DNA of 64,000 nt from Escherichia coli O127:H6 str. E2348/69 (GCF_000026545.1 NC_011601.1); one strand, 5' to 3'; shown: positions 43,413 through 55,774, counted from the first letter of the stretch. Numbers and translations: made by a program. The notes: generated from the sequence alone by a model not told the origin.

Positions 43413-45636
43413 TTTCGGACTCCAGTTGTGCAACCTGTTCTGTGTTTAAACCTGCTTTGAGTAATAGTGATTGCATCGAAACTTGTAATTCGCGTTGAAT
43501 TGTCAGGACGCGATCCAACGTTTCCTGGCTGATAACACCTTCGGTGACCAAAAACTTGCCGAGCGGCAGAGAACTGCGTTCATGGCGCAATAACAACACG
43601 TTAATTGCTGAACGATTAATATGACCGAGCGTGGTCAGTATTTCTGCGAACAGGAACTGATGCGGCACATATTGCCGCCAGATTTCACCGGCCTGCTGTT
43701 CCGTGAGCCACTGATGCTGAACTGCATTGTACAACATTGCCCGCGGATCGTGACCGCGTCGGTGTGCATACCAGTGGCGTAATCCGGTGACAATTTGTCC
43801 CCGCAGAACAATGACGTAACGCACTTTGCGTCCGACTTTACGCGTCAGGGCCGCCAGCGAAACCGGGTCAATACCATCTTCACTGCCGACAATTAACTCA
43901 TCATTGTCCAGACGCAGCGGCAGTACCGCATAATGCAACGCCACGGAGGCCGGCATTTCGGCAATCAGCGAGGAAGGGATCTGCCAGGCATCGATGGATT
44001 CCCACGCCACGCCGTTTTGCTCTGCCAGCGCCTGTGCCAGTTGCTCGGCGCTAATCAGCCCCTGCATCAGCATTGAACCGCCCTGGCGTAGACCTTCGAC
44101 GCGATTACGCAGTGCTGTATCGAGTTGTTCTTCAGTGATGACCTGATTTTCCAGCAGGATTTGGCCTAACGGACGCAACGAGCGGGTATCGCCAGTCACG
44201 CTGGGGAAGTCATGCGTTGTTTTATCCCACGCGACACGACGTGGATCGCCGTGTTGAAGTACCTGTTTTAACGCGCGCCAGTTGGCCATGAAGTTAATCA
44301 GGTTGCCCCAGAAAAGACGCAGGACAGATAGCAGCCCCTGCGTCAGGCCGTAGTAGCCAGTAACGAAAATCACCCGCTGCACGATGCGGTTAATCATCAA
44401 GCCAAAGTTTAGCCACAGCAGAGTCATTAACCATGCGCTGCCGCTGAAAATAGAAAGGAAATGCCAGGCATCGGGCCACAAACTTTCATACGCCAGCAAC
44501 AGCAAAAGCTGGATCATCACCAGCATCGCGAGGAAGCTGACAAAGTTACTGATTGCCCCTTTGCGGTCGCGCCAGAGAAAGTAGTTCAGCGTCAGGCTGG
44601 AGGTCCATTTGTGGGTTTTAAAGCCCTGGAAAACAATGCCGATGATCCAGCGAGATTTTTGCCGAACCGCAGTCGAAAAGGTATCGGGGAAATATTCGCG
44701 CACGCAGATCATGTTTGACGTCCGCGCATGCTGTAAAAATTTACGCTGCTCGCGTTCTTTGGCTTCGTCCACCACCGGAAAACGGACAAAAATTTCCGTC
44801 ATACCTTTCTCTTTCAGGCGGAAGCCAATGTCGTAATCTTCAGTCAGACTCTGCACGTCGAAAGCAATACCGTCACCGTCAGCTAACAGTGCGGTCACGG
44901 CGCGGCGGCTGAAACAGGTACCGACGCCTGCGCTGGGCACCTGTCCGGCGAGGGCTTCACGCACCGGAACATCTTTGCCATGCAGTTCTGAAAACTCATC
45001 AATGTAGGTCATGCTGGTGAAGTGCGTCCATTCGCGTTCGAACGGATACACTGGGATCTGAATCAGATCTTTACGCTCGACCAGATAGTTGAACAGACGC
45101 AATTCCATCGGTGAAATCACATCTTCGGCGTCATGCAGAATAAAACCAGCAAAAGCGAAATTGGCGCTACGTTCAAATTGGGTGATGGCGTCCAGCACGT
45201 TGTTCAGACAGTCGGCTTTGCTGGTGGGGCCAGGACGCGCGCAGACTACCTTATGCACGTTCGGGAAGCGAGCGCACACTTCGTCAACATCACGCTGAGT
45301 ATCGGGGTCGTTGGGGTAGGTGCCAACAAAGATATGATAGTTTTCGTAGTCGAGCGTGGTCGCCGCCAGCTCGGCCATATTGCCGATGACGCCCGTTTCA
45401 TTCCACGCCGGAACCATAATCGCTAACGGTTTTTCATCTGGTTTATACAGTTCGCGGTAACTCATTCGCGGGTAGCGGCGATAAACACTCAACTTGCGTT
45501 TAATGCGGCGTACCCAGTAGACGACATCAATAAAAAAATCGTCCAGCCCGCTGATGAACATAATGACCGCTAACGTTATCGCGATTACTTTTAAGCCGTA
45601 GAGCCAGGTAGCAAAAACATCAAGAAGCCAGTCCAC
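43399..45636 (-). CDS. nfrB: Bacteriophage N4 adsorption protein B (family-2 glycosyltransferase)
   Basis: 745-aa ORF with N-terminal TM segments and GT2 motifs. Confidence 0.9.
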   Translation of the reverse strand: MDWLLDVFATWLYGLKVIAITLAVIMFISGLDDFFIDVVYWVRRIKRKLSVYRRYPRMSYRELYKPDEKPLAIMVPAWNETGVIGNMAELAATTLDYENYHIFVGTYPNDPDTQRDVDEVCARFPNVHKVVCARPGPTSKADCLNNVLDAITQFERSANFAFAGFILHDAEDVISPMELRLFNYLVERKDLIQIPVYPFEREWTHFTSMTYIDEFSELHGKDVPVREALAGQVPSAGVGTCFSRRAVTALLADGDGIAFDVQSLTEDYDIGFRLKEKGMTEIFVRFPVVDEAKEREQRKFLQHARTSNMICVREYFPDTFSTAVRQKSRWIIGIVFQGFKTHKWTSSLTLNYFLWRDRKGAISNFVSFLAMLVMIQLLLLLAYESLWPDAWHFLSIFSGSAWLMTLLWLNFGLMINRIVQRVIFVTGYYGLTQGLLSVLRLFWGNLINFMANWRALKQVLQHGDPRRVAWDKTTHDFPSVTGDTRSLRPLGQILLENQVITEEQLDTALRNRVEGLRQGGSMLMQGLISAEQLAQALAEQNGVAWESIDAWQIPSSLIAEMPASVALHYAVLPLRLDNDELIVGSEDGIDPVSLAALTRKVGRKVRYVIVLRGQIVTGLRHWYAHRRGHDPRAMLYNAVQHQWLTEQQAGEIWRQYVPHQFLFAEILTTLGHINRSAINVLLLRHERSSLPLGKFLVTEGVISQETLDRVLTIQRELQVSMQSLLLKAGLNTEQVAQLESENEGE

Positions 45637-45785
45637 ACAAAAACCTTACATTAACGCTGGTTATGTTTAGGGTGGCGTATATTAAGGTTTTTTATGAATT
45701 GTGACAGCTTTTTATCATTAATAGGTATTACTATTGCGGCATGTTATTTTTACACTGGTTATAAAAGTTGCCGTTTGCTGAAGGA

Positions 45786-47228
45786 TTAAGCGGGTAATAT
45801 GATAACAAACCTTGTCCCCCGTGCATCTGACGTTACTGCAACAGTGCCTTTATGCGCGACAACAATCGATTTCACTATCGCCAGACCAATGCCGCTACCT
45901 TCGCCTTTTCGCTGGCGGGAAGGATCAACGCGGTAGAAACGGTCAAACAATCGCGGTAAGTGTTCGGGCGCAATGGGCGTACCGGGGTTTTCGACGGTAA
46001 CTTGCACCAGGTGATCGACCGTCTGGCAGCGCACAACAATTGTCTCTCCGGTTGGCGTATAACGCAGGGCATTAGAAAGCAGGTTGCTTAACGCCCGACG
46101 CAGCATCAGCGGATCGCCCGCAACCTGACACTCGTCGCCAACAAACCGCAGCTCCACGCCGCGATCTTCTGCTAACGCCTCGAAAAAATCGAACACTTTG
46201 CCGACTTCATCCGCCAGGTTGAGCATTTTCTTTTCGGGGATTAGCTGGTTGTTATCGGCCTGAGCGAGAAACAGCATATCGCTGACCATTTTCGCCATTC
46301 GCGTCAGTTCTTCGAGATTAGAGTAGTGCACATCTTCCAGCTCTTTCTGGCTGCGCGACTGGCTGAGGGCGATTTCCGTTTGCGTAATGAGATTAGTAAT
46401 AGGTGTGCGAATTTCGTGGGCGATATCCGCTGAGAAATTGGACTGGCGGGTAAAGACATCCTCAATACGCTCGATCATATGGTTGAACGACAGTACCAGC
46501 TGTTCCAGCTCAATCGGCACGGTCTGCGGGTCAAGGCGAACGTCGAGATCTTTCGAGGTAATGTTCTGGATTTGACGGCTGACGCTGCGGATCGGCGCGT
46601 GACCTTTATGTACCGCCAACAGCACGATAAAGACGATCAGGATGCTGATTACCGATGCGGTCATAATAAGTTTATTCATCAAATCATTGATGTAATGAAG
46701 ATGAAAATCGATCGAAAGCGCAATGTAGAGCGTATAAATCGGTTTGCCGTCCACCAGTGGGCCAACCGGCAAGCTAATCATCCGCCAGTTGCTGTGTTCC
46801 ATATGCCCGTGACCGTGGCCCGGCATCATAATCGTCGGGCCGGAAAGGAGATACACCTCGCCGCCCCGCGTGTCTTTATCGGGTATGGCATCACGTGCAA
46901 ACTCGCGGATATCAGGCGCACCGGGGGAGTGATACACCGTTTTGCCGTGGCTATCTGCCAGGGAAATCAACACGTTGGAATAACCACTGACGATATCTTC
47001 CAGCGTCATTAAGCGTCGGGCTTGCGTTTCGTCAGGGTGATTAAGTACCCGTTCAAGGGTGGCGCTAATCTCTTTTAAATCATTAATATCCTGCTCGGCA
47101 AAATGCACTTTTACTGAGTGGATCATGATCCATGCAAAGGCGAAAAACGCCGCGATGGTGGCCAGGCTGATAAAAAAGGTCAGGCGTGTTGCCAGCGAAA
47201 ACGGGCGCTGAAATGGCTTACTGACCAT
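45786..47228 (-). CDS. cusS: Copper/silver sensor histidine kinase CusS
   Basis: 480-aa ORF with HAMP, H-box ([10 protein letters not shown]) and ATPase domain. Confidence 0.9.
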
Positions 47229-47901
47229 CCGGCACCTCTAGCATGTAACCCACGCCGCGCACGGTCTGAATCAACTTTGGCTCAAAGTCGTTGTCGATTT
47301 TGCCGCGCAGCCGCTTCACCGCCACATCAATGGCGTTGGTATCGCTGTCAAAATTCATGTCCCATACCTGCGAGGCGATAAGCGAGCGGGGCAGCACTTC
47401 GCCCTGATGGCGGAGGAAAAACTCCAGCAGAGTAAATTCTTTACTGGTCAGAGTGATGCGCGTGCCGCTGCGGGTGACTTTGCGGCTGACGAGATCGACC
47501 ATCAGATCGGCAACCTGAAACTGACTTTCGATAATCACCGCCGCCCCGCGCCGCAGTAGAGTGCGCACCCGCGCCAGCAGTTCAGCAAAAGCGAACGGCT
47601 TCACCAGATAGTCATCCGCCCCCAACTCCAGCCCCTTGACGCGATGTTCAATGGTGCCAAGCGCGGTAAGCAACAGAATCGGCATCCCCTTATTGGCGGA
47701 ACGCAACATGCGCACGATATCCCAGCCGTTCACGTCCGGCAGCATAATATCGAGGATTATCAGATCATAATCACCGGTCATCGCCAGATGGTAGCCATTC
47801 AGCCCGTTGTCGGCCAAATCGACCACAAAACCGGCTTCGGTTAACCCTTTGGTCAAGTATTCTCCGGTTTTCTTTTCATCTTCGACAATCAACAGTTTCA
47901 T
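47218..47901 (-). CDS. cusR: Response regulator CusR (OmpR family)
   Basis: 227-aa ORF (MKLLIVEDE...); overlaps the cusS start. Confidence 0.95.
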
Positions 47902-47966
47902 ATTTCCTCCGCATGTTGCCCGGGCAATTCTAGAGTAGCGGGATCAGATGGCAATCGCTTATTGGC

Positions 47967-47988
47967 AAAATGACAATTTTGTCATTTT
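47967..47988. promoter_or_regulatory. CusR box in the cusR-cusC divergent promoter
   Basis: Perfect palindrome AAAATGACAATTTTGTCATTTT. Confidence 0.75.
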
Positions 47989-48057
47989 CCTGTCACCGGA
48001 AAATCAGAGCCTGGCGAGTAAAGTTGGCAGCATAAAATCACCAGAAATTATGAGCCT

Positions 48058-49440
48058 ATGTCTCCTTGTAAACTTCTGCCATTTTGTGTGGCCCTTGCGC
48101 TAACCGGTTGTTCACTGGCACCGGATTATCAGCGTCCGGCAATGCCCGTGCCGCAGCAGTTCTCACTCAGCCAGAACGGCCTGGTTAACGCAGCAGATAA
48201 CTACCAGAACGCGGGCTGGCGCACCTTTTTTGTTGATAATCAGGTGAAGACGCTGATTAGCGAGGCGTTGGTGAATAACCGGGATTTGCGCATGGCGGCG
48301 CTGAAAGTGCAGGAAGCGCGGGCGCAATATCGTCTGACCGATGCCGACCGCTACCCACAGCTCAATGGCGAGGGCAGCGGCAGCTGGAGCGGCAATCTTA
48401 AAGGCGATTCAGCCACGACGCGGGAGTTCTCGACTGGCCTTAACGCCAGCTTTGATCTCGATTTTTTCGGGCGCTTAAAGAACATGAGCGAAGCCGAGCG
48501 CCAAAATTATTTAGCCACTGAGGAAGCTCAGCGCGCGGTGCATATTTTGCTGGTTTCTAATGTCGCGCAAAGCTATTTCAATCAGCAACTGGCGTATGCG
48601 CAATTGCAAATAGCCGAAGAAACGCTGCGTAATTATCAGCAGTCATATGCGTTTGTCGAAAAACAACTGTTGACCGGTAGCAGCAATGTTCTGGCGCTGG
48701 AACAGGCTCGCGGGGTGATAGAAAGTACCCGCAGCGACATCGCTAAACGTCAGGGGGAACTGGCGCAGGCAAATAATGCATTGCAACTGTTATTGGGAAG
48801 CTACGGCAAGCTGCCGCAAGCGCAGACAGTAAACAGCGACAGCCTGCAAAGCGTTAAATTACCGGCGGGCTTGCCGTCGCAAATCTTATTGCAGCGCCCT
48901 GATATTATGGAAGCTGAACACGCGTTAATGGCGGCTAATGCCAATATTGGTGCTGCGCGTGCGGCATTTTTCCCGTCTATCAGCCTGACCAGCGGAATAT
49001 CAACCGCCAGCAGCGATCTGTCGTCATTATTTAATGCCAGCAGCGGGATGTGGAATTTTATTCCTAAAATTGAGATCCCCATTTTTAATGCTGGACGCAA
49101 CCAGGCCAATCTGGATATCGCCGAAATTCGCCAGCAGCAGTCGGTGGTGAATTATGAACAGAAAATCCAGAACGCCTTTAAAGAAGTGGCAGATGCGCTG
49201 GCATTACGTCAAAGCCTGAACGATCAAATCAGCGCCCAGCAGCGTTATCTTGCGTCGCTGCAAATTACTTTGCAACGGGCGCGGGCATTATATCAGCACG
49301 GCGCGGTAAGTTATCTGGAAGTGCTGGATGCCGAGCGTTCTTTATTTGCAACCCGACAAACTTTACTTGACCTGAATTATGCCCGTCAGGTTAACGAAAT
49401 TTCTTTATATACCGCCTTAGGGGGCGGTTGGCAGCAATAA
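48058..49440 (+). CDS. cusC: Cu/Ag efflux outer-membrane factor CusC
   Basis: 460-aa ORF with lipoprotein signal (LTGCS). Confidence 0.9.
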   Translation: MSPCKLLPFCVALALTGCSLAPDYQRPAMPVPQQFSLSQNGLVNAADNYQNAGWRTFFVDNQVKTLISEALVNNRDLRMAALKVQEARAQYRLTDADRYPQLNGEGSGSWSGNLKGDSATTREFSTGLNASFDLDFFGRLKNMSEAERQNYLATEEAQRAVHILLVSNVAQSYFNQQLAYAQLQIAEETLRNYQQSYAFVEKQLLTGSSNVLALEQARGVIESTRSDIAKRQGELAQANNALQLLLGSYGKLPQAQTVNSDSLQSVKLPAGLPSQILLQRPDIMEAEHALMAANANIGAARAAFFPSISLTSGISTASSDLSSLFNASSGMWNFIPKIEIPIFNAGRNQANLDIAEIRQQQSVVNYEQKIQNAFKEVADALALRQSLNDQISAQQRYLASLQITLQRARALYQHGAVSYLEVLDAERSLFATRQTLLDLNYARQVNEISLYTALGGGWQQ

Positions 49441-49463
49441 TTTTTAACTCCAGGAGAGAATAA

Positions 49464-49796
49464 ATGAAAAAAGCACTGCAAGTCGCAATGTTTAGTCTGT
49501 TTACCGTTATTGGCTTTAATGCCCAGGCTAACGAACATCATCATGAAACCATGAGCGAAGCACAACCACAGGTTATTAGCGCCACTGGCGTGGTAAAAGG
49601 TGTTGATCTGGAAAGCAAAAAAATCACCATCCATCACGATCCGATTGCTGCCGTGAACTGGCCGGAGATGACTATGCGCTTTACCATCACCCCGCAGACG
49701 AAAATGAGCGAAATTAAAACCGGCGATAAAGTAGCGTTTAATTTTGTCCAACAGGGCAACCTTTCTTTATTACAGGATATTAAAGTCAGCCAGTAA
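49464..49796 (+). CDS. cusF: Periplasmic copper chaperone CusF
   Basis: 110-aa ORF with signal peptide. Confidence 0.9.
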   Translation: MKKALQVAMFSLFTVIGFNAQANEHHHETMSEAQPQVISATGVVKGVDLESKKITIHHDPIAAVNWPEMTMRFTITPQTKMSEIKTGDKVAFNFVQQGNLSLLQDIKVSQ

Positions 49797-49811
49797 TCCG
49801 GGTTTAATGAG

Positions 49812-51035
49812 ATGAAAAAAATCGCGCTTATTATCGGCAGCATGATCGCGGGCGGTATTATTTCTGCGGCAGGTTTTACCTGGTTTGCAAAGGAGGAACC
49901 GCCCGCAGAAAAAACGTCGACCGCAGAACGTAAAGTCTTATTCTGGTACGACCCGATGTATCCCAATACGCGGTTCGATAAACCAGGGAAATCGCCGTTT
50001 ATGGATATGGATCTGGTGCCGAAATATGCCGATGAAGAGAGTTCTGCGTCTGGTGTGCGCATTGACCCGACTCAGACGCAGAATCTGGGTGTGAAAACGG
50101 CGACCGTCACGCGCGGGCCGCTGACTTTTTCCCAGAGTTTCCCGGCGAATGTCAGTTACAACGAGTATCAGTATGCCATTGTGCAGGCCCGCGCCGCCGG
50201 GTTTATCGACAAGGTGTATCCGCTTACCGTGGGCGATAAAGTGCAAAAGGGCGCGCCGCTTCTCGACCTGACCATTCCCGACTGGGTGGAAGCGCAGAGT
50301 GAGTATTTACTGCTGCGCGAAACCGGCGGTACGGCGACCCAGACTGAAGGCATTCTTGAGCGACTGCGACTGGCGGGAATGCCGGAGGCTGATATTCGCC
50401 GCCTGATCGCCACGCAAAAAATCCAGACTCGCTTTACGCTCAAAGCGCCCATTGATGGCGTGATCACCGCGTTTGATCTGCGCGCGGGAATGAATATCGC
50501 CAAAGATAACGTGGTCGCGAAAATTCAGGGTATGGACCCAGTGTGGGTCACTGCTGCGATCCCGGAGTCCATCGCTTGGCTGGTGAAAGATGCCTCGCAG
50601 TTTACGCTCACCGTTCCGGCGCGACCTGATAAAACACTCACCATCCGCAAATGGACGCTGCTACCTGGCGTGGATGCTGCGACCCGCACGCTGCAACTGC
50701 GTCTGGAAGTCGACAACGCCGACGAGGCGCTAAAACCGGGCATGAACGCCTGGTTGCAACTCAATACCGCCAGCGAACCGATGCTGCTCATTCCGTCACA
50801 GGCGCTGATTGATACCGGCAACGAACAGCGGGTGATTACCGTTGATGCTGACGGGCGCTTTGTACCGAAACGTGTTGCCGTTTTCCAGGCATCGCAAGGC
50901 GTCACCGCGTTACGCTCTGGTCTGGCGGAAGGTGAAAAGGTGGTTTCCAGCGGCCTGTTCCTGATTGATTCTGAAGCCAATATTTCTGGCGCACTGGAGC
51001 GGATGCGCTCTGAAAGTGCTACCCATGCGCATTGA
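49812..51035 (+). CDS. cusB: Cu/Ag efflux membrane fusion protein CusB
   Basis: 407-aa ORF. Confidence 0.9.
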   Translation: MKKIALIIGSMIAGGIISAAGFTWFAKEEPPAEKTSTAERKVLFWYDPMYPNTRFDKPGKSPFMDMDLVPKYADEESSASGVRIDPTQTQNLGVKTATVTRGPLTFSQSFPANVSYNEYQYAIVQARAAGFIDKVYPLTVGDKVQKGAPLLDLTIPDWVEAQSEYLLLRETGGTATQTEGILERLRLAGMPEADIRRLIATQKIQTRFTLKAPIDGVITAFDLRAGMNIAKDNVVAKIQGMDPVWVTAAIPESIAWLVKDASQFTLTVPARPDKTLTIRKWTLLPGVDAATRTLQLRLEVDNADEALKPGMNAWLQLNTASEPMLLIPSQALIDTGNEQRVITVDADGRFVPKRVAVFQASQGVTALRSGLAEGEKVVSSGLFLIDSEANISGALERMRSESATHAH

Positions 51036-51046
51036 GGGAATAGCCA

Positions 51047-54000
51047 ATGATTGAATGGATTATTCGTCGCTCGGTGGCGAACCGTTTTCTGGTGCTGATG
51101 GGCGCGTTGTTTCTGAGTATCTGGGGCACCTGGACCATCATTAACACGCCAGTGGATGCACTGCCGGATCTCTCTGATGTACAGGTGATTATTAAAACCA
51201 GCTATCCCGGTCAGGCACCGCAAATCGTTGAAAATCAGGTGACTTATCCGCTAACCACCACCATGTTGTCGGTGCCTGGCGCGAAGACTGTGCGCGGTTT
51301 CTCGCAGTTTGGCGACTCTTATGTGTATGTCATTTTCGAAGATGGCACCGATCCGTACTGGGCGCGCTCGCGGGTGCTGGAGTACCTCAACCAGGTACAG
51401 GGTAAGCTGCCTGCGGGAGTCAGCGCCGAGCTGGGGCCAGATGCCACGGGTGTTGGCTGGATCTATGAATATGCACTGGTGGATCGCAGCGGTAAGCACG
51501 ATCTGGCCGATTTACGCTCATTGCAGGACTGGTTTCTCAAATATGAGCTAAAAACCATCCCTGACGTTGCGGAAGTGGCGTCGGTGGGCGGTGTGGTGAA
51601 AGAGTATCAGGTGGTTATCGATCCTCAGCGCCTGGCGCAGTATGGCATCAGTCTCGCCGAAGTAAAAAGCGCGCTGGATGCTTCAAACCAGGAAGCGGGC
51701 GGTTCGTCGATCGAACTGGCGGAAGCGGAATATATGGTGCGCGCCAGCGGCTATCTGCAAACGCTCGACGACTTTAATCACATCGTTTTAAAAGCCAGTG
51801 AAAATGGCGTGCCCGTTTATCTGCGTGATGTTGCGAAGGTCCAGGTTGGCCCGGAGATGCGCCGGGGCATTGCCGAACTGAACGGCGAAGGCGAAGTGGC
51901 GGGCGGGGTGGTGATCCTGCGTTCCGGCAAAAACGCCCGTGAAGTGATCGCCGCCGTGAAGGACAAACTGGAAACGCTGAAAAGCAGTCTGCCGGAAGGC
52001 GTGGAGATAGTTACAACATACGATCGCAGTCAGCTCATTGACCGCGCCATTGACAACCTCAGCGGCAAGTTGCTGGAAGAGTTTATTGTGGTGGCGGTAG
52101 TCTGTGCGCTGTTTCTCTGGCATGTGCGCTCGGCGCTGGTGGCGATTATTTCGTTGCCGCTGGGGTTGTGTATTGCTTTTATTGTCATGCACTTTCAGGG
52201 ACTGAACGCCAATATTATGTCGTTGGGTGGCATTGCGATTGCCGTCGGGGCGATGGTCGATGCCGCTATCGTCATGATCGAGAATGCGCATAAACGGCTG
52301 GAAGAGTGGCAGCACCAGCATCCTGACGCCACGCTGGATAATAAAACGCGCTGGCAGGTGATCACCGATGCATCTGTTGAAGTGGGGCCGGCGCTGTTTA
52401 TCAGTCTGCTGATTATCACGCTGTCGTTTATCCCGATTTTCACCCTGGAAGGGCAGGAGGGGCGTCTGTTTGGCCCGCTGGCGTTCACCAAAACCTATGC
52501 GATGGCGGGCGCGGCGCTGCTGGCGATCGTAGTGATCCCGATCCTGATGGGCTACTGGATCCGTGGCAAAATTCCGCCAGAAAGCAGTAACCCGCTCAAT
52601 CGCTTTTTGATTCGTGTTTATCATCCGCTGTTGCTGAAAGTACTGCACTGGCCGAAAACCACGCTGTTGGTGGCAGCGCTTTCGGTGCTGACGGTTCTCT
52701 GGCCGCTCAATAAAGTTGGCGGGGAATTTTTACCGCAGATCAATGAAGGCGACTTGTTGTATATGCCATCGACGCTGCCGGGGATTTCCGCAGCAGAGGC
52801 GGCGAGCATGCTGCAAAAAACCGACAAGCTGATTATGAGCGTACCGGAAGTGGCGCGGGTATTTGGCAAAACCGGGAAAGCGGAAACCGCCACCGATTCA
52901 GCTCCACTGGAGATGGTAGAAACGACTATCCAGCTTAAGCCGCAGGATCAGTGGCGGCCTGGCATGACGATGGACAAAATCATTGAGGAACTGGATAACA
53001 CCGTGCGTCTGCCGGGGCTGGCGAATCTGTGGGTGCCGCCAATTCGTAACCGTATCGATATGCTCTCGACTGGCATTAAAAGCCCTATCGGCATTAAAGT
53101 TTCCGGCACTGTGCTGGCGGATATCGACACGATGGCGGAGCAAATTGAAGAAGTGGCGCGAACGGTGCCAGGCGTGGCTTCTGCGCTTGCTGAGCGTCTG
53201 GAAGGTGGGCGCTATATCAACGTTGAGATTAACCGTGAAAAAGCCGCGCGTTACGGTATGACGGTGGCGGATGTGCAGTTGTTTGTGACTTCTGCGGTGG
53301 GCGGGGCGATGGTTGGCGAAACGGTGGAAGGGATTGCTCGTTATCCAATTAATCTGCGTTATCCGCAAAGCTGGCGCGATAGCCCGCAGGCACTGCGCCA
53401 GTTGCCGATCCTCACGCCGATGAAGCAGCAAATCACTCTGGCGGACGTGGCCGACGTTAAAGTCTTTACCGGACCGTCGATGCTGAAAACCGAGAATGCG
53501 CGCCCGACGAGCTGGATTTATATCGATGCCCGCGATCGTGACATGGTGTCGGTGGTTCACGATCTGCAAAAAGCGATAGCTGAAAAAGTGCAGTTAAAAC
53601 CGGGCACCAGCGTGGCATTCTCCGGGCAGTTCGAGCTACTGGAGCGCGCCAACCATAAGCTGAAACTGATGGTGCCGATGACGTTGATGATCATCTTCGT
53701 GCTGTTGTATTTGGCGTTCCGTCGGGTGGGCGAAGCGTTGCTGATTATCAGCAGCGTACCGTTTGCGCTGGTGGGTGGCATCTGGTTGCTGTGGTGGATG
53801 GGCTTTCATCTTTCCGTGGCGACGGGCACCGGTTTTATTGCCCTCGCAGGAGTCGCCGCCGAATTTGGCGTGGTGATGCTGATGTATTTACGTCACGCCA
53901 TAGAGGCCGAGCCGTCGTTGAATAATCCGCAAACATTCAGCGAGCAGAAGCTGGATGAGGCGTTGTATCACGGCGCGGTCCTGCGCGTGCGCCCGAAAGC

Positions 54001-54190
54001 GATGACGGTGGCGGTGATTATCGCTGGTCTGCTGCCGATTCTGTGGGGAACGGGAGCAGGTTCAGAGGTGATGAGCCGGATTGCCGCGCCGATGATTGGC
54101 GGCATGATCACCGCGCCTTTGCTATCGCTGTTTATTATCCCGGCGGCGTATAAGCTGATGTGGCTGCACCGACATCGGGTACGGAAATAA
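51047..54190 (+). CDS. cusA: Cu/Ag efflux RND pump CusA
   Basis: 1047-aa ORF with 12-TM RND architecture. Confidence 0.95.
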   Translation: MIEWIIRRSVANRFLVLMGALFLSIWGTWTIINTPVDALPDLSDVQVIIKTSYPGQAPQIVENQVTYPLTTTMLSVPGAKTVRGFSQFGDSYVYVIFEDGTDPYWARSRVLEYLNQVQGKLPAGVSAELGPDATGVGWIYEYALVDRSGKHDLADLRSLQDWFLKYELKTIPDVAEVASVGGVVKEYQVVIDPQRLAQYGISLAEVKSALDASNQEAGGSSIELAEAEYMVRASGYLQTLDDFNHIVLKASENGVPVYLRDVAKVQVGPEMRRGIAELNGEGEVAGGVVILRSGKNAREVIAAVKDKLETLKSSLPEGVEIVTTYDRSQLIDRAIDNLSGKLLEEFIVVAVVCALFLWHVRSALVAIISLPLGLCIAFIVMHFQGLNANIMSLGGIAIAVGAMVDAAIVMIENAHKRLEEWQHQHPDATLDNKTRWQVITDASVEVGPALFISLLIITLSFIPIFTLEGQEGRLFGPLAFTKTYAMAGAALLAIVVIPILMGYWIRGKIPPESSNPLNRFLIRVYHPLLLKVLHWPKTTLLVAALSVLTVLWPLNKVGGEFLPQINEGDLLYMPSTLPGISAAEAASMLQKTDKLIMSVPEVARVFGKTGKAETATDSAPLEMVETTIQLKPQDQWRPGMTMDKIIEELDNTVRLPGLANLWVPPIRNRIDMLSTGIKSPIGIKVSGTVLADIDTMAEQIEEVARTVPGVASALAERLEGGRYINVEINREKAARYGMTVADVQLFVTSAVGGAMVGETVEGIARYPINLRYPQSWRDSPQALRQLPILTPMKQQITLADVADVKVFTGPSMLKTENARPTSWIYIDARDRDMVSVVHDLQKAIAEKVQLKPGTSVAFSGQFELLERANHKLKLMVPMTLMIIFVLLYLAFRRVGEALLIISSVPFALVGGIWLLWWMGFHLSVATGTGFIALAGVAAEFGVVMLMYLRHAIEAEPSLNNPQTFSEQKLDEALYHGAVLRVRPKAMTVAVIIAGLLPILWGTGAGSEVMSRIAAPMIGGMITAPLLSLFIIPAAYKLMWLHRHRVRK

Positions 54191-54291
54191 AAGCAGGATA
54201 CCCGGTTTAACCGTGTGGATTGTGTCTTGCGACGATGGGCACTAAATGTTAAAAGGTGCCCCTCAACAAAAAAGACACACAGGGGAAAGGC

Positions 54292-55674
54292 GTGAAAAAC
54301 GCGTCAACCGTATCGGAAGATACTGCGTCGAATCAAGAGCCGACGCTTCATCGCGGATTACATAACCGTCATATTCAACTGATTGCGCTGGGTGGCGCAA
54401 TTGGTACTGGTCTGTTTCTTGGCATTGGCCCGGCGATTCAGATGGCGGGTCCGGCTGTATTGCTGGGCTACGGCGTCGCCGGGATCATCGCTTTCCTGAT
54501 TATGCGCCAGCTCGGCGAAATGGTGGTCGAAGAGCCGGTATCCGGTTCATTTGCCCACTTTGCCTATAAATACTGGGGACCGTTTGCGGGCTTCCTCTCT
54601 GGCTGGAACTACTGGGTAATGTTCGTGCTGGTGGGAATGGCAGAGCTGACCGCTGCGGGCATCTATATGCAGTACTGGTTCCCGGATGTTCCAACGTGGA
54701 TTTGGGCTGCCGCCTTCTTTATTATCATCAACGCCGTTAACCTGGTGAACGTGCGCTTATATGGCGAAACCGAGTTCTGGTTTGCGCTGATTAAAGTGCT
54801 GGCGATCATCGGTATGATCGGCTTTGGCCTGTGGCTGCTGTTTTCTGGGCACGGCGGTGAGAAAGCCAGTATCGATAACCTCTGGCGCTACGGCGGTTTC
54901 TTTGCCACCGGCTGGAATGGACTGATTTTGTCGCTGGCGGTAATTATGTTCTCCTTCGGCGGTCTGGAGCTGATTGGGATTACTGCGGCTGAAGCGCGCG
55001 ATCCGGAAAAAAGCATCCCTAAAGCAGTGAATCAGGTGGTGTATCGCATCCTGCTGTTTTATATCGGTTCACTGGTGGTTTTACTGGCGCTCTACCCGTG
55101 GGTGGAAGTGAAATCCAACAGTAGCCCGTTTGTGATGATTTTCCATAATCTCGACAGCAATGTGGTGGCTTCTGCGCTGAACTTCGTCATTCTGGTGGCA
55201 TCGCTGTCGGTGTATAACAGCGGGGTTTACTCTAACAGCCGCATGCTGTTTGGCCTTTCTGTGCAGGGTAATGCGCCAAAGTTTTTGACTCGCGTCAGCC
55301 GTCGCGGCGTGCCGATTAACTCGCTGATGCTTTCCGGAGCGATCACTTCGCTGGTGGTGTTAATCAACTATCTGCTGCCGCAAAAAGCGTTTGGTCTGCT
55401 GATGGCGCTGGTGGTAGCAACGCTGCTGTTGAACTGGATTATGATCTGCCTGGCGCATCTGCGTTTTCGCGCGGCGATGCGACGTCAGGGGCGTGAAACA
55501 CAATTTAAGGCGCTGCTCTATCCGTTCGGCAACTATCTTTGCATCGCCTTCCTCGGCATGATTTTGCTGCTGATGTGCACGATGGATGATATGCGCCTGT
55601 CAGCGATTCTGCTGCCGGTGTGGATTGTGTTCCTGTTTGTGGCGTTTAAAACATTGCGTAGGAAAGTGAATTAA
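54292..55674 (+). CDS. pheP: Phenylalanine-specific permease PheP
   Basis: ORF 54256..55674; start set at GTG giving (M)KNASTVSEDTASNQ as in recalled PheP. Confidence 0.85.
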   Translation: MKNASTVSEDTASNQEPTLHRGLHNRHIQLIALGGAIGTGLFLGIGPAIQMAGPAVLLGYGVAGIIAFLIMRQLGEMVVEEPVSGSFAHFAYKYWGPFAGFLSGWNYWVMFVLVGMAELTAAGIYMQYWFPDVPTWIWAAAFFIIINAVNLVNVRLYGETEFWFALIKVLAIIGMIGFGLWLLFSGHGGEKASIDNLWRYGGFFATGWNGLILSLAVIMFSFGGLELIGITAAEARDPEKSIPKAVNQVVYRILLFYIGSLVVLLALYPWVEVKSNSSPFVMIFHNLDSNVVASALNFVILVASLSVYNSGVYSNSRMLFGLSVQGNAPKFLTRVSRRGVPINSLMLSGAITSLVVLINYLLPQKAFGLLMALVVATLLLNWIMICLAHLRFRAAMRRQGRETQFKALLYPFGNYLCIAFLGMILLLMCTMDDMRLSAILLPVWIVFLFVAFKTLRRKVN

Positions 55675-55692
55675 GCTGATGTGAGGCTGATT

Positions 55693-55774
<82 letters not shown>

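Noticed and set aside
46479..47012. 177-aa plus-strand ORF inside cusS
   Set aside because: Antisense to the sensor kinase gene; no support.
50525..51223. 232-aa minus-strand ORF overlapping the cusB 3' end and cusA start
   Set aside because: Antisense artefact; its composition reflects the complement of real coding sequence.
51788..53569. Long minus-strand ORFs (286 aa and 223 aa) inside cusA
   Set aside because: Antisense to cusA with Arg/His/Gln-rich composition; no ribosome-binding site or independent support.
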